Origin: Algoriphagus sp.
GTDB lineage: Bacteria > Bacteroidota > Bacteroidia > Cytophagales > Cyclobacteriaceae
Direction: 5' to 3'
Assembly: GCA_030833985.1 (NCBI GenBank)
Contig: JAURGC010000001.1
Coordinates: 1-54,185, forward strand
DNA length: 54,185 nucleotides
The translations under genes were made by a program, and so were the position numbers. Below, in pieces: positions 19,977 to 31,007 of the stretch. Under the pieces are notes generated by a model, which worked only from the letters and a program-made list of their open reading frames with translations, had not been told where the DNA came from and made no database searches. Position 1 is the stretch's first letter, and every line of letters begins with the position of its first letter.

Positions 19977-20666
19977 TTATTTCGACCCTACGAGGTAGGA
20001 ACGAATTCCCATTACGATTAGAAGTTGAGCAGCCGCATAAGTACCCATAATGAGGATGCCTGCCTCTGGAAAATCGGAATAAAATCGTGCCATCGCTAAA
20101 ATTCCATCTGAACTTAGAAAGAGTAAGGCGCCTATGAATACCTGCCAGAATGAGGCAGGATTGGTTTTTTTGAAGCGTGCACGAGCTGTGGTCACCATCC
20201 CTATAATCACCAATAAATAGGCGACAACCGGAATTTTCAAGCCTCCTAGGTTGGGATAGATAAAATAGAATATCCATCCTGCTACTAAATAAATCGGGAG
20301 ATTGTAGGTAAATAAACGAATAAAATGCCAAGAATCTGGACGGTTTTCTGGCTCCTGTGCAAGTCGAAATCCGATGATGTAACAGATATGAGCCATTAAA
20401 AAAGCCCCCAATCCATAAATAAATAATTCCGACCACAGCAAGAGAATGTCTCCCAACCAAGAGAAGAAAAGAGCAGCCAAAATGGTTTTGGCTAAAATAG
20501 TTTTGGCTATAGGGGTACTTATAAAATAAAAATAGCCTAGCAAGGAAGCAAGGATGGCTGGTTTTGAATAACTACGAAGTGCCTCATTATGCTCCAGGAT
20601 AAAATATAAATCTACTAGGGTAGCAAGTAAGAAAAGGTAAAGCCAAACAATATTTTTATCTCTCAT
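19977..20666 (-). CDS. YhhN/lysoplasmalogenase family membrane protein
   Basis: SKP, FFSWLGDILL, FLMAHICY, GALLFLSSDGILA, TYAAAQ motifs; multiple TM segments. Confidence 0.9.
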   Translation of the reverse strand: MRDKNIVWLYLFLLATLVDLYFILEHNEALRSYSKPAILASLLGYFYFISTPIAKTILAKTILAALFFSWLGDILLLWSELFIYGLGAFLMAHICYIIGFRLAQEPENRPDSWHFIRLFTYNLPIYLVAGWIFYFIYPNLGGLKIPVVAYLLVIIGMVTTARARFKKTNPASFWQVFIGALLFLSSDGILAMARFYSDFPEAGILIMGTYAAAQLLIVMGIRSYLVGSK

Positions 20667-21147
20667 CAAAGTAGGAGCTTGGTTGAAGTGGGAAAGTTCA
20701 ACAAGATTCAAAATTTATCCAAAGAAAAGAAAGGGAGCCAATGGATTTAAAAAAGGGATTTGAAGGATACAGTACCTTATTAATGGCTCAAGTTTTTTTG
20801 TGAATGCTACGAATAATCGTTTACAGACGATAGCTCGCCTCAACTCTAATTGACCTTCAGATATTATTTTATTTCGTGACTGGGAAAAAGTAGACCCTCG
20901 TAATTCGAGGGTATGCCTCACCTTATCTATAATAAGAATACTAAGTTTTTTTGGTCTTTGGTTAAAAAGCTAAAACAAATGGAATTCATTTTTAGTTTTC
21001 TTCGGAAATTATAGAATTGGAGTGGACAATTCCCAATAAAAAAAGTAAAACCTACTCCAAGCATTTAAAATATTTGGTTTCACTGTTAAGTTTTCGTTAA
21101 AAAATGTGAAATTTGACAAGCGAAAATTAACCTACATCTCTAGTACC

Positions 21148-21176
21148 CTTTGCAAGGTTAGTTTAACTTTGCAAGG
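21148..21176 (+). promoter_or_regulatory. -7 element embedded in a 13-bp inverted/direct repeat upstream of the TonB-dependent receptor
   Basis: CTTTGCAAGGTTA-gtt-TAACTTTGCAAGG; TAACTTTG at 21164-21171. Confidence 0.55.
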
Positions 21177-21218
21177 ATTTTAATTCAACAAAACCAACTT
21201 TTACCAAAAACAAATCTT

Positions 21219-24200
21219 ATGAGGCAAAATTTACTGAAGAATTTGATGGCTCTATTCCTGCTCGTGTTGAGCTCAGGGCTAGCAATGTCACAGGGAGTTA
21301 CTACCTCCGGTATTACCGGAACAGTAACTGAAGCCAACGGACAGCCTTTACCAGGCGCTAACGTGGTTGCTACACACCTTCCTTCTGGTACTCGCTATGG
21401 CGCGGTATCTAACGTAGAAGGTAAATACTCTATTCCGGGGATGCGTATTGGAGGTCCTTACAGACTTTCGGTATCATTTATCGGTTTTTCCACCCAAGAA
21501 ATAGATGGTTTAAATCTTTCCTTAGGTACATTTTCAAATGTAAATGTCTCCTTAAAAGAAGATGGTCAAGAACTTTCTGAAGTTTTGATCACAGCCGATC
21601 AAAACAGCCTTTTTTCTAACGAGCGAACTGGTGCCAATACAGCTATTGACAACAGAGCCCTAAACAAGCTTCCAACCATCTCTAGAAGTATCAACGACTT
21701 TACTCGTTTGTCTCCTCAATCCAACGGGCAATCTTTTGCTGGACAAGATGGTAGATTGAACAACATCACAGTAGATGGATCGTATTTCAACAACTCTTTT
21801 GGTTTGGGCTCTGGTTCTAACCCAGGTGGAAGAACTGGCGTATCCCCAATCTCTTTGGACGCAATTGAGCAAATCTCCGTAAACGTGGCTCCTTATGACG
21901 TGAGACAAGGAAATTTCACAGGCGCAGGTGTAAATACAGTAACCCGTTCAGGTACGAACGAATTTTCTGGTTCTGCATATTATTTCTGGAGAAATAACAA
22001 CAATGTAGGTACTAAAGCTGGAGAAAATACCTTCAATCCAGGTGACTTTACGTACAAGCAAATTGGTTTCCGCGTGGGTGGTCCTATCATCAAAGACAAG
22101 CTATTCTTTTTTGCTTCATTTGAAGATGAATCAGAAGCAAGACCAGGTACAACTTGGAAGGCCAACCGTGGTGAAGCAATTGAAGGTAATGTAACTCGTG
22201 TATTGGCTTCAGACTTGGATGGGTTGAGTAGCTACTTGAGTTCCAAGTATAACTACGAAACGGGTCCTTACGAAGGATATGACAATGAAACTTTGGGTAC
22301 CAAGTTTTTGATCAAATTGGATTACAATATCAACGACAAAAACAAGTTGAGCTTACGTTACAATCACCTTGATTCCTCTACGGATGTATTGATGTCAGGT
22401 TCTTCTTCCTTAGGAAACGGTGGACGTAATGGAAATCCAAATGCTTTGAACTTCCAAAATTCTAACTATAGCATCATGGAAAATATTCGATCTGTAGTCG
22501 CTGAATTGAACTCTCGTATTAGCAGCAACGTATCGAATAATTTGATTGTTGGTTACACGTACCAGGACGAAAGTCGTGGATATAAGGGCGAATTTTTCCC
22601 ATTGGTGGATATCTTGAAGGATAATTTAACTTATACTTCTTTTGGTTTTGAGCCGTTCACGCCAAACAATGAATTGCGTTATAAGACATTCCAGATTCAG
22701 GAAAACTTGCAGATTTTTAAAGGCAACCATACGATCACTACTGGTTTCAGCTACGAAAACTACCAGTCTGAAAACGTGTTCTTCCCAGGCTCTCAGTCTG
22801 TATATGTATACAGATCTTTGGAGGACTTTTACAAGGATTCTGATAATTTCTTAGCAAACGGTAACTCTGCTCCTTCAGGTGTCAACTTGAGAAGATTCCA
22901 AGTACGTTGGAACAACATTCCAGGATCGGAGAAGCCTGTTCAGCCCTTGGAAGTTAATTATGTAGGTGCATTTATTCAGGACGAATGGCAGGCACGAACC
23001 AACTTGAAATTAACTGCAGGTTTGAGAGTGGACGTTCCTTATTTTGAGGAAACTGCCCTTCGCAACGAGGAAATGGAGAAGTTCTTTTTCAGAAATCAGG
23101 CAGGAGTTTACATAAACTACAGAACAGACCAGCTTCCAGGCGCCAACTTGCTATGGTCTCCAAGAGTTGGGTTTAACTGGGACGTGTTTAATAACCAGAG
23201 AACGCAAGTTAGAGGGGGTTCAGGTGTATTTACTGGCCGTCCTGCTTACGTATGGGTATCCAACCAAGTGGGTAATAACGGTATCTTGACAGGTTTTGCT
23301 CAGTTTGATAATACGACTACAAGACCATTCAACCCAGATCCTAATGCATACAAGCCTTCAGAAGTAACAGGTGAGCCTGCTTCTTCTTACGAACTTGCTC
23401 TTACTGAGAAAGATTTCAAATTCCCGCAAGTGTGGAGAACCAACATTGCCGTTGATCAGCAGTTGCCAGCAGGCATCATTGCTACTGGTGAATTTATCTA
23501 CAACCAGGATGTGAACGGTATTGCATATCACAATGCGAACCTTCCTGTACACCAAAGCCAGTTTGCAGGCAATGACAATCGTCAAAGATGGACAAACAAT
23601 CGAATCAACTCAAAAATTCCTAATGCGGTCACTTTATCCAACCAAGCGATTGGATATTCTTGGGTAGCTTCTTTCTCCTTGGAGAGACCATTTTCCAATG
23701 GATTGTTTTTGAAAGCAGCTTATAGCTATGGAGAAGCAAAAAACACGGTAGATCCAGGATCTATTGCTTCAGGATCTTGGTTTAACAATCCAATATCTGG
23801 TGATCCAAATAACCCAGGGTTAGGCTTTTCTTCCAACTTTATGGGTCATAGAGCATTTGTAACTGCTTCCTATTCCAAAGACTTCTTTAAGTTTGGAAAT
23901 ACTTCCATCTCTATTTTCTGGGAAGGGAGAACGATTGGAAACGGTAGCTATGTGTATTCTTCGGATGTAAATAACGATGGAGGTAGATCAAACGACTTGA
24001 TTTACATCCCAGCGACTAAGGCAGAAATGAACTTCCAACAGTTTACTTCTAGTGGAAAGACCTTTACTGCTCAGGAACAAGCAGATGCTTTTGAAGCCTA
24101 TATTTTGCAGGATAAGTACTTAAGTGCGAATCGTGGCAAGTATGCCGAAAGAGGTGCGGTCATCATGCCAATGGTATATCGTGCAGATCTTTCCTTTGCT

Positions 24201-24482
24201 CAGCAGTTGTTTACCAACTTCAAAGGCAAGAAGAACAGCCTAGAATTCCGAGTGGATATCTTGAACGTAGGTAACCTATTGGATCCAAACTTTGGAGTGG
24301 GCCAAACCTTTAATTCCAACCAATTGCTAGCTGGGGGTTCTCCAATTACAAGTGCTGATGGAAAGCTACAGTACAGATTGAGAAACTTTGGTACTAGTTT
24401 GATTTCTGAATCTTTCAGACCGACTGCTGGAGTTTCAGACGTTTGGAGAATGCAGTTTGGGTTGAGATACATCTTCAACTAA
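21219..24482 (+). CDS. TonB-dependent receptor, Oar-like, with carboxypeptidase-regulatory-like N-terminal domain
   Basis: Signal peptide, LPGANVVATHLPSGTRYG, PISLDAIEQISVNVAPYDVRQGNFTGAGVNTVTRSGTN plug, C-terminal QFGLRYIF. Confidence 0.9.
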   Translation: MRQNLLKNLMALFLLVLSSGLAMSQGVTTSGITGTVTEANGQPLPGANVVATHLPSGTRYGAVSNVEGKYSIPGMRIGGPYRLSVSFIGFSTQEIDGLNLSLGTFSNVNVSLKEDGQELSEVLITADQNSLFSNERTGANTAIDNRALNKLPTISRSINDFTRLSPQSNGQSFAGQDGRLNNITVDGSYFNNSFGLGSGSNPGGRTGVSPISLDAIEQISVNVAPYDVRQGNFTGAGVNTVTRSGTNEFSGSAYYFWRNNNNVGTKAGENTFNPGDFTYKQIGFRVGGPIIKDKLFFFASFEDESEARPGTTWKANRGEAIEGNVTRVLASDLDGLSSYLSSKYNYETGPYEGYDNETLGTKFLIKLDYNINDKNKLSLRYNHLDSSTDVLMSGSSSLGNGGRNGNPNALNFQNSNYSIMENIRSVVAELNSRISSNVSNNLIVGYTYQDESRGYKGEFFPLVDILKDNLTYTSFGFEPFTPNNELRYKTFQIQENLQIFKGNHTITTGFSYENYQSENVFFPGSQSVYVYRSLEDFYKDSDNFLANGNSAPSGVNLRRFQVRWNNIPGSEKPVQPLEVNYVGAFIQDEWQARTNLKLTAGLRVDVPYFEETALRNEEMEKFFFRNQAGVYINYRTDQLPGANLLWSPRVGFNWDVFNNQRTQVRGGSGVFTGRPAYVWVSNQVGNNGILTGFAQFDNTTTRPFNPDPNAYKPSEVTGEPASSYELALTEKDFKFPQVWRTNIAVDQQLPAGIIATGEFIYNQDVNGIAYHNANLPVHQSQFAGNDNRQRWTNNRINSKIPNAVTLSNQAIGYSWVASFSLERPFSNGLFLKAAYSYGEAKNTVDPGSIASGSWFNNPISGDPNNPGLGFSSNFMGHRAFVTASYSKDFFKFGNTSISIFWEGRTIGNGSYVYSSDVNNDGGRSNDLIYIPATKAEMNFQQFTSSGKTFTAQEQADAFEAYILQDKYLSANRGKYAERGAVIMPMVYRADLSFAQQLFTNFKGKKNSLEFRVDILNVGNLLDPNFGVGQTFNSNQLLAGGSPITSADGKLQYRLRNFGTSLISESFRPTAGVSDVWRMQFGLRYIFN

Positions 24483-24501
24483 TTCGTATTTCAATACTAT
24501 G

Positions 24502-24534
24502 AAAAGCGCCCTGAACCACAGGGCGCTTTTTTTT
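24502..24534 (+). terminator. Intrinsic terminator
   Basis: AAAAGCGCCCTG-aacca-CAGGGCGC followed by a T run. Confidence 0.9.
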
Positions 24535-24675
24535 GTTTACTCGCTAGTTGCCATCTAAGATCATCTAGGTAAGTACGCTAGCACTTAGTCGGAAAGAGGA
24601 TATCCCATTTATTTTCCATTGATGGCATTGATTTGCCTTCCTTATGTTTTCTAAAGGACTGCGGAAAAACAATGG

Positions 24676-24683
24676 TATATTTG
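24676..24683 (+). promoter_or_regulatory. -7 element for the hydrolase-RND operon
   Basis: TATATTTG, 40 nt before ATG 24724. Confidence 0.6.
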
Positions 24684-24723
24684 TCTTCCTGTGGAGGGGT
24701 GCTTAATCAGGATTTGTTACCAT

Positions 24724-25509
24724 ATGTTATACTACAAGCAATTTTTGCATTCTACAAGTAGGGAGTGGGTAGTTTTTATCCACGGTGCAGGAGGGAGTTC
24801 TGCGGTATGGTTCAAGCAGCTTCGAGATTTTCAAAAAGATTACAATCTTTTATTGATTGATCTCAGAGGTCATGGTAAATCAGTGTCCATGCCGCAAGCA
24901 ATTTGGTCACAGCAGTATACTTTTGAAGCTGTTACGAGGGACATTGTGGAAGTATTAGCCCATCTAAAGTTGCCTCCAGCGCATTTCATGGGGGTCTCGT
25001 TGGGAACTATCTTAGCGAGGCAATTGGCAGAAATCGAACCTGGGCGGGTAAAGTCCTTGGTTTTGGCGGGAGCGGTGACTCGTCTTACAGTACAAAGCCG
25101 CCTTTTAGTTTTTTTTGGCAATGCATTCAAGCGAGTAATACCTTACATGTGGCTATATCGCTTGTTTGCTTTTGTAATTATGCCACGTAAGCAGCATGCT
25201 GAGTCTAGAAGTTTGTTTATTCATGAGGCTCAAAAATTATGTCAAAAAGAATTTATCAGGTGGTTTAAATTGACCAAAGACATCAATCCTCTGCTTCGTT
25301 ATTTTAAGGAAAAGGATTTGGGCATCCCAACGCTTTACATTATGGGAGATCAGGATGTTATGTTTTTAGAGCCTGTAAAAAATTTAATTCGCTTTCATAA
25401 AAATTCGATTCTTGAGGTATTAAATCAATGTGGCCATGTGGTTAATGTTGAAAAACCAGAGGAATTTAACCAACGCTCCTTGGCGTTTATAAAAAACCAA
25501 CAGTTCTAG
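24724..25509 (+). CDS. Alpha/beta fold hydrolase
   Basis: FIHGAGG, DLRGHGKS, GVSLG nucleophile elbow, GDQD, GHVVNVE. Confidence 0.9.
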   Translation: MLYYKQFLHSTSREWVVFIHGAGGSSAVWFKQLRDFQKDYNLLLIDLRGHGKSVSMPQAIWSQQYTFEAVTRDIVEVLAHLKLPPAHFMGVSLGTILARQLAEIEPGRVKSLVLAGAVTRLTVQSRLLVFFGNAFKRVIPYMWLYRLFAFVIMPRKQHAESRSLFIHEAQKLCQKEFIRWFKLTKDINPLLRYFKEKDLGIPTLYIMGDQDVMFLEPVKNLIRFHKNSILEVLNQCGHVVNVEKPEEFNQRSLAFIKNQQF

Positions 25510-25520
25510 TTCTTTTTAAA

Positions 25521-26594
25521 ATGAAAAAACAAACTAAACTATTTCTAGTAGTAGGGATTCTTGCAATGCTTGCTGCAGCCTATTTTTATCCTAGGTTGGG
25601 GAATCAAGAAGGTGAAAGTCCTATACAATCAAGGCCTAATGGGCCAGGTGAACCCTTGACAGTAGAGGTGATCCAATTGAAGAAAGAAACATTGAATAAC
25701 CAGCTTCAAGTTTCTGGAACCATTTTACCCAATGAGTCTGTAGCAATTAAGCCAGAAATTAGTGGGCTTGTCTCAAAAATAAATTTTAAAGAAGGGGAGT
25801 ATGTGACCAAAGGGACGCCTCTTTTGTACCTCAATGACAACGAGCTTCAAGCGCAATACCAACGGCTTCAGTACACTCAAAAACTATTTCAAACCCAAGA
25901 ATCTAGGCAAAAGCAACTTTTGGCAAGAGAGGCGATAAGTCAAGAAGAATACGACATAGTACTAAATCAGTACAATACAGCGTTATCTGACATCAAGCTG
26001 GTTCAGGCGCAGTTGGAGAAGACAGTTATTCGTGCTCCGTTTAGCGGAAGGTTAGGCCTCCGTCAAGTATCGGAAGGGGCAGTAATAAATAGTGCAAATG
26101 TGATCGTGAGTATAGTCAATATTGATCCAATTAAACTAGAGTTTTCTATCCCTGAACGGTATGCAGCAATGGTCTCGGTGGGCTCTCCTATTTACTTTAG
26201 TAGTGAATCTTCTACTGAGGAGGTAGCAGGAAAAGTGTATGCTTATGAGCCTCAAATTGATGCAGCAACACGTACCATCAAATTGCGTGCACAAAGTCCC
26301 AACAGTGAGGGCAAATACCTTCCAGGGATGTTTGTGAAAATCAGGTTTGTGTTGGATGTTCAAGAAGATGCCCTACTTGTTCCGGCAGAATCTGTTATTC
26401 CTGAATTGTCTGGATACAAGGTATTCGTTGTAGGTGCAGATGGGAAAGCAGAACAGCGGCTCATCGAAATCGGTAAGCGTACAGACACTCAAGTTCAGGT
26501 TGTTTCGGGCCTTTTGGAGGGAGATTTAGTTCTCACTACAGGAGTAATGCAAGTACGTCAAGGAATGCCAGTTAAGCCCACTCAAATAAATTAA
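25521..26594 (+). CDS. RND efflux periplasmic adaptor (membrane fusion protein)
   Basis: PEISGLV, IRAPFSG, LPGMFV, GLLEGDLV. Confidence 0.93.
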   Translation: MKKQTKLFLVVGILAMLAAAYFYPRLGNQEGESPIQSRPNGPGEPLTVEVIQLKKETLNNQLQVSGTILPNESVAIKPEISGLVSKINFKEGEYVTKGTPLLYLNDNELQAQYQRLQYTQKLFQTQESRQKQLLAREAISQEEYDIVLNQYNTALSDIKLVQAQLEKTVIRAPFSGRLGLRQVSEGAVINSANVIVSIVNIDPIKLEFSIPERYAAMVSVGSPIYFSSESSTEEVAGKVYAYEPQIDAATRTIKLRAQSPNSEGKYLPGMFVKIRFVLDVQEDALLVPAESVIPELSGYKVFVVGADGKAEQRLIEIGKRTDTQVQVVSGLLEGDLVLTTGVMQVRQGMPVKPTQIN

Positions 26595-26599
26595 CTCTC

Positions 26600-29500
26600 A
26601 TGGCTAGTCTCTCCAGTATCAGTATAAGAAGGCCAGTATTGGCCATGGTCATGTCCCTTGTCATCCTGCTATTTGGTGGGATAGGCATTTCGCTGTTGGG
26701 GGTACGTGAATACCCTTCCGTTGATCCTCCAGTAATCAATGTGAGTACTTCTTACGTTGGGGCCAATGCGGATGTGATTTTGGCTCAAATAACAGAACCA
26801 CTGGAGGAACAGATTAACGGAATTCAAGGGATTAAATCCCTAACCTCTACGAGTTCGGATGGGCGTAGTAACATTACGGTGGAATTTGAGGTAGGGGCAG
26901 ACTTAGAAGCTGCAGCAAACGATGTGCGAGACAAGGTTTCTGGTGCTCAGCGTAATTTGCCCCCTGATGCAGATCCTCCCGTTGTTTCAAAGGCAGATGC
27001 GGATTCACAACCCATCATTGGTGTGAATGTTAAGAGTACCAAAAGAAGTTTGCTTGAGCTTTCTGAAATTGCAGACAATGTATTTAAGGAGCGCCTGCAA
27101 ACTATTCCTGGAGTAAGTAGGGTTCAAATATGGGGGGAAAAAGAATATGCCATCCGCTTGCGCATGGACCCACTCAAAATGGCATCTTACGGCATCACGC
27201 CCATGGATGTCTTGGCCAAGATTCAAAGTGAAAACGTGGAACTTCCTTCTGGAAGGATTGAAGGGCAAACTATTGAATTATCGGTGCGCACGAAAAGTAG
27301 ACTAAGTTCACCACAGGAATTCAACGAGTTGATTATTAAGGAAAGCGAAACAAACTTAGTTCGGTTTCAAGATATCGGTACTGCAGAACTTTCGGCGTTG
27401 AATGAAAAGACGCTACTTCGTAGAGATGGAGTTCCGATGGTTGCAGTCGTGCTTGTTCCTCTTCCTGGCTCCAATAATATTGAAATTGCGGATGAATTTT
27501 ACAAGCGATTGGAGTTTATCAAAAAAGATCTTCCAGCAGATGTAGGCGCAGAACTAAATTTTGATGGGACTTCCTACATTCGGCAGTCCATCCAAGAGGT
27601 TCAAGAAACCATACTTACGGCCTTTATTCTCGTGGTTGCTATAATTTTTCTTTTTTTAAGAGACTGGAGAACCACTTTTATACCTGTTGTCACCATTCCA
27701 ATTTCACTAATTGGGGTGTTTTTTATTATGTACTTGATGGATTTTTCCATCAATGTGCTTACTCTCCTCGGAATTGTTCTCTCTATTGGTTTGGTGGTGG
27801 ATGACGCCATTGTCGTACTGGAAAATATATACTCTCGAATTGAAAAAGGGGAAAAACCCATGGAGGCAGCTGCCAAAGGTTCTGAAGAAATATTTTTTGC
27901 AGTACTTGCTACCACGGTAGCCTTGGCGGCAGTATTTCTGCCTGTAATTTTTTTGACAGGGACCACAGGGAGGTTGTTTAGAGAATTTGGAATTGTCGTT
28001 GCTGGCTCCGTAATCATTTCCTCCTTTGTTGCACTTACCATGACGCCTATGCTAAGTGCAAAAATGCTGAAGTTGCGAACCAAGCAAAATGCGTTTTATC
28101 GATTCACAGAACCATTCTTTGTTTGGTTAAATGAGCGTTATGATGCTGCCTTAAGTAAATTTATGACCGTTCGTTGGGTCGCATTCCCAATCATTGGTCT
28201 GATGATTTTTGGGATTTACTGGCTTTTTTCAAACATTCAAACCGAGTTGGTTCCTATCGAAGATCGCTCTGAATTGCGGATCAACATGTCTGGCCCTGAG
28301 GGGGCAACTTTTTCATTTATGGACAAGGTTATCAGTGACCTAACCAATCAACTTACGGTGGATTTGGCTGAAAATGAGCGCGCAGGATTGACAAGTATGA
28401 CCTCACCTGGATTTGGTACGGCCAATACCAACTCCGGCTTTGTACGGATTTATTTGACAGAGCCTGCAGCCCGATCAAGAACCCAACAAGAAATATTCAC
28501 TCAAATTAACGCATCGCTCAAAGGAGTGACGGCAGTTCGTGCTTTTGCACAGCAACCTGTCTCTATTGGAGATCGACGCGGTGGATTGCCAGTGCAATAT
28601 GTTATCCAAGCCCCTACTTTAGAAAAATTGAAGGAAGTAATTCCTCCTTTCTTGGAAAAAGCATCCCAAAACCCTGCCTTCATCTTTACAGATATTAATT
28701 TAAAGTTTACCAAACCTGAACTTGAGATAGAAATTGATCGTGAGCGCGCAAGAAATATGGGGGTATCGGTGCAGGAAATAGCGCGAACCTTGCAACTTTC
28801 CTACTCAGGACAGCGATTTGCCTACTTCATTAGAGGTGGCAAGCAATACCAGGTAATCGGTGAAATGCAACTCCAAGATCGAAATGAGCCTGTAAATCTT
28901 CGCATGCTTTATGTGAGAGGTGATAATGGGCAACTGATTCAATTGGATAATTTGGTGCGCGTAGTGGAGAAAAGTACTCCCCCTCAATTGTACCGATTCA
29001 ATCGCTTTGTGAGTGCCACTATTTCTGCGAATCTTGCCGATGGGGTGACCATTGGAGCAGGATTGGAAGAGATGGATAAGATCGCAGCTGAAGTATTGGA
29101 TGAATCGTATGCCACTGATGTTACCGGACCTTCCAAAGAATTTAGGGAAAGTTCCAACAGTTTGTTGTTTGCCTTTATTTTTGCCTTGGTATTGATTTAT
29201 TTGGTCCTATCTGCGCAATTTGAAAGTTTTACGGATCCATTAACTATCATGTTTACGGTGCCTTTAGCGATTTTCGGTGCCTTGGCAACTCTTTGGCTTT
29301 TTGGGTTTACCTTAAATATTTTTAGTCAAATTGGGATTATCATGCTTATTGGTTTGGTTACCAAAAATGGAATTTTAATTGTTGAATTTGCCAATCAGCG
29401 TAAAGAACAGGGATTGGATGCAGAACAAGCGATTTTTGGAGCTGCAGTCGCTCGTTTTAGACCAATTTTAATGACTAGTTTATCCACTATTTTGGGGATT

Positions 29501-29665
29501 CTTCCTATTGCCTTGGCTTTGGGAGCAGGTGCTGAAAGTAGAGTGCCTATGGGAGCTGCTGTAATAGGAGGGCTTGCATTTTCTACTGTCTTGACACTAT
29601 TCATCATCCCTGCCGTGTACACCTTCCTCACCTCTAAAAAAGGAGTTTTAGCAAAAACCGCATGA
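26600..29665 (+). CDS. RND efflux permease (AcrB/AcrD/AcrF family)
   Basis: SIRRPV, GLVVDDAIVVLENI, KNGILIVEFANQ, RFRPILMTS. Confidence 0.95.
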   Translation: MASLSSISIRRPVLAMVMSLVILLFGGIGISLLGVREYPSVDPPVINVSTSYVGANADVILAQITEPLEEQINGIQGIKSLTSTSSDGRSNITVEFEVGADLEAAANDVRDKVSGAQRNLPPDADPPVVSKADADSQPIIGVNVKSTKRSLLELSEIADNVFKERLQTIPGVSRVQIWGEKEYAIRLRMDPLKMASYGITPMDVLAKIQSENVELPSGRIEGQTIELSVRTKSRLSSPQEFNELIIKESETNLVRFQDIGTAELSALNEKTLLRRDGVPMVAVVLVPLPGSNNIEIADEFYKRLEFIKKDLPADVGAELNFDGTSYIRQSIQEVQETILTAFILVVAIIFLFLRDWRTTFIPVVTIPISLIGVFFIMYLMDFSINVLTLLGIVLSIGLVVDDAIVVLENIYSRIEKGEKPMEAAAKGSEEIFFAVLATTVALAAVFLPVIFLTGTTGRLFREFGIVVAGSVIISSFVALTMTPMLSAKMLKLRTKQNAFYRFTEPFFVWLNERYDAALSKFMTVRWVAFPIIGLMIFGIYWLFSNIQTELVPIEDRSELRINMSGPEGATFSFMDKVISDLTNQLTVDLAENERAGLTSMTSPGFGTANTNSGFVRIYLTEPAARSRTQQEIFTQINASLKGVTAVRAFAQQPVSIGDRRGGLPVQYVIQAPTLEKLKEVIPPFLEKASQNPAFIFTDINLKFTKPELEIEIDRERARNMGVSVQEIARTLQLSYSGQRFAYFIRGGKQYQVIGEMQLQDRNEPVNLRMLYVRGDNGQLIQLDNLVRVVEKSTPPQLYRFNRFVSATISANLADGVTIGAGLEEMDKIAAEVLDESYATDVTGPSKEFRESSNSLLFAFIFALVLIYLVLSAQFESFTDPLTIMFTVPLAIFGALATLWLFGFTLNIFSQIGIIMLIGLVTKNGILIVEFANQRKEQGLDAEQAIFGAAVARFRPILMTSLSTILGILPIALALGAGAESRVPMGAAVIGGLAFSTVLTLFIIPAVYTFLTSKKGVLAKTA

Positions 29666-31002
29666 AAAAAGGAACACTTTTGCTCGTATGGATCTTGAGT
29701 ATAACCGGGGCTTGGGCACAAACTCAGGAGTCTTTGGATCTGGAGAAGGCCTTGGAATTGGGTCTTGAAAATAACCTTCAAATAAAAATTGGAGTAGAAA
29801 ATCAAAACCTTCGATCGCTGGATAAAAAGATAGCAGCAGGAAATTTCTTTATGCCTACGTTGAACGCCAATTACCTTCGGTCCTTTTCAACGGAAGACGT
29901 AACTCAAACTTTTGTAAGTGATCCCGAAAACCCTCGGGAAATTGATGCAGCAAAGTCCCGAAATAAAGCCTATAGTTTTGTTGGGATTTATGGTTTTAGG
30001 CCTGAATCCCTAGTGACCATGCGTAGGCTTGGATTACTGGAAGAAATCAGCGAATTAGAAGCGAAAATTATAGTAGAAAACACAATAGCTGGTATCTCCA
30101 CGGCTTACTACCGTTTAATTTTGGAGCTTCAACGGTTTAAAGTATTGGAGCAAACCCTGGAATTGAGCAAAGCTCGTCTAGAAATAGCCCAAGCCCAATA
30201 CGAACTTGGAGGAGCAGGTAAACGGGATTTTTTAGCGGCACAAGTAGATTACAATGGAGATTCTAGTTTATTGATGACCCAATATCAGGTAATCCAAAAT
30301 GCAAGAGTCAACCTCAATGAGCTGCTTGCAACAGACCCAGGTACTGATTATTTGATTCAAGACAGTACCATTTCCATAGGGAAGACGCTTTCTTTGGGCG
30401 AACTAGTAGAGAATGCATTTCTAGATAACAAACTCTTACTCGCAAATCAGAGACGGAATAACGATGCTTTTTTGCAATTGAAAGAGCTTCAAGCACAGCG
30501 CTTACCAGCCCTCAACTTAAACTCAAGTTTTAATAATTCGGTCTTCAATTCAGATGCAGGATTTTTAATTCAAAACGAAAGACAAGGCTTAAACTATGGA
30601 GGATCGATCACCTTCAATCTTTTTAGTGGATTAACCCTCAATCGACGAATTCAAAGTGCGAAAGTGAATCAACGAATTCAAGACTACTCCTTGGAGCAGT
30701 ATGAAATCCAGCTGAAATCCGATCTACAACGAGCTTATAATACCTATGATAACAACCTTGGATTGCTTTCAATTGAACAAAAGAACTACCAGGTTGCTAA
30801 AGAAAATTCAGAAATTGCCTTGGAACGTTTTCGTTTGGGAATTGCCTCTTATTTGGAATTTAGAGATGCACAGGTGAATTTGCTTTCAGCAGAGAATAGA
30901 TTGATTACTTCTATTTACCAAATCAAAGAACAAGAAATAGAGTTGCTTCGTCTGTCGGGAAATCTATTTTTTACTACTTCTTTGGAAGAATCGACGAATT
31001 AA
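29662..31002 (+). CDS. TolC family outer membrane efflux protein
   Basis: Signal peptide, two OEP repeats (YELG, ERFRLG..SYLEFRDAQ); ATGA overlap with the permease. Confidence 0.92.
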   Translation: MKKGTLLLVWILSITGAWAQTQESLDLEKALELGLENNLQIKIGVENQNLRSLDKKIAAGNFFMPTLNANYLRSFSTEDVTQTFVSDPENPREIDAAKSRNKAYSFVGIYGFRPESLVTMRRLGLLEEISELEAKIIVENTIAGISTAYYRLILELQRFKVLEQTLELSKARLEIAQAQYELGGAGKRDFLAAQVDYNGDSSLLMTQYQVIQNARVNLNELLATDPGTDYLIQDSTISIGKTLSLGELVENAFLDNKLLLANQRRNNDAFLQLKELQAQRLPALNLNSSFNNSVFNSDAGFLIQNERQGLNYGGSITFNLFSGLTLNRRIQSAKVNQRIQDYSLEQYEIQLKSDLQRAYNTYDNNLGLLSIEQKNYQVAKENSEIALERFRLGIASYLEFRDAQVNLLSAENRLITSIYQIKEQEIELLRLSGNLFFTTSLEESTN

Positions 31003-31007
31003 AAATG

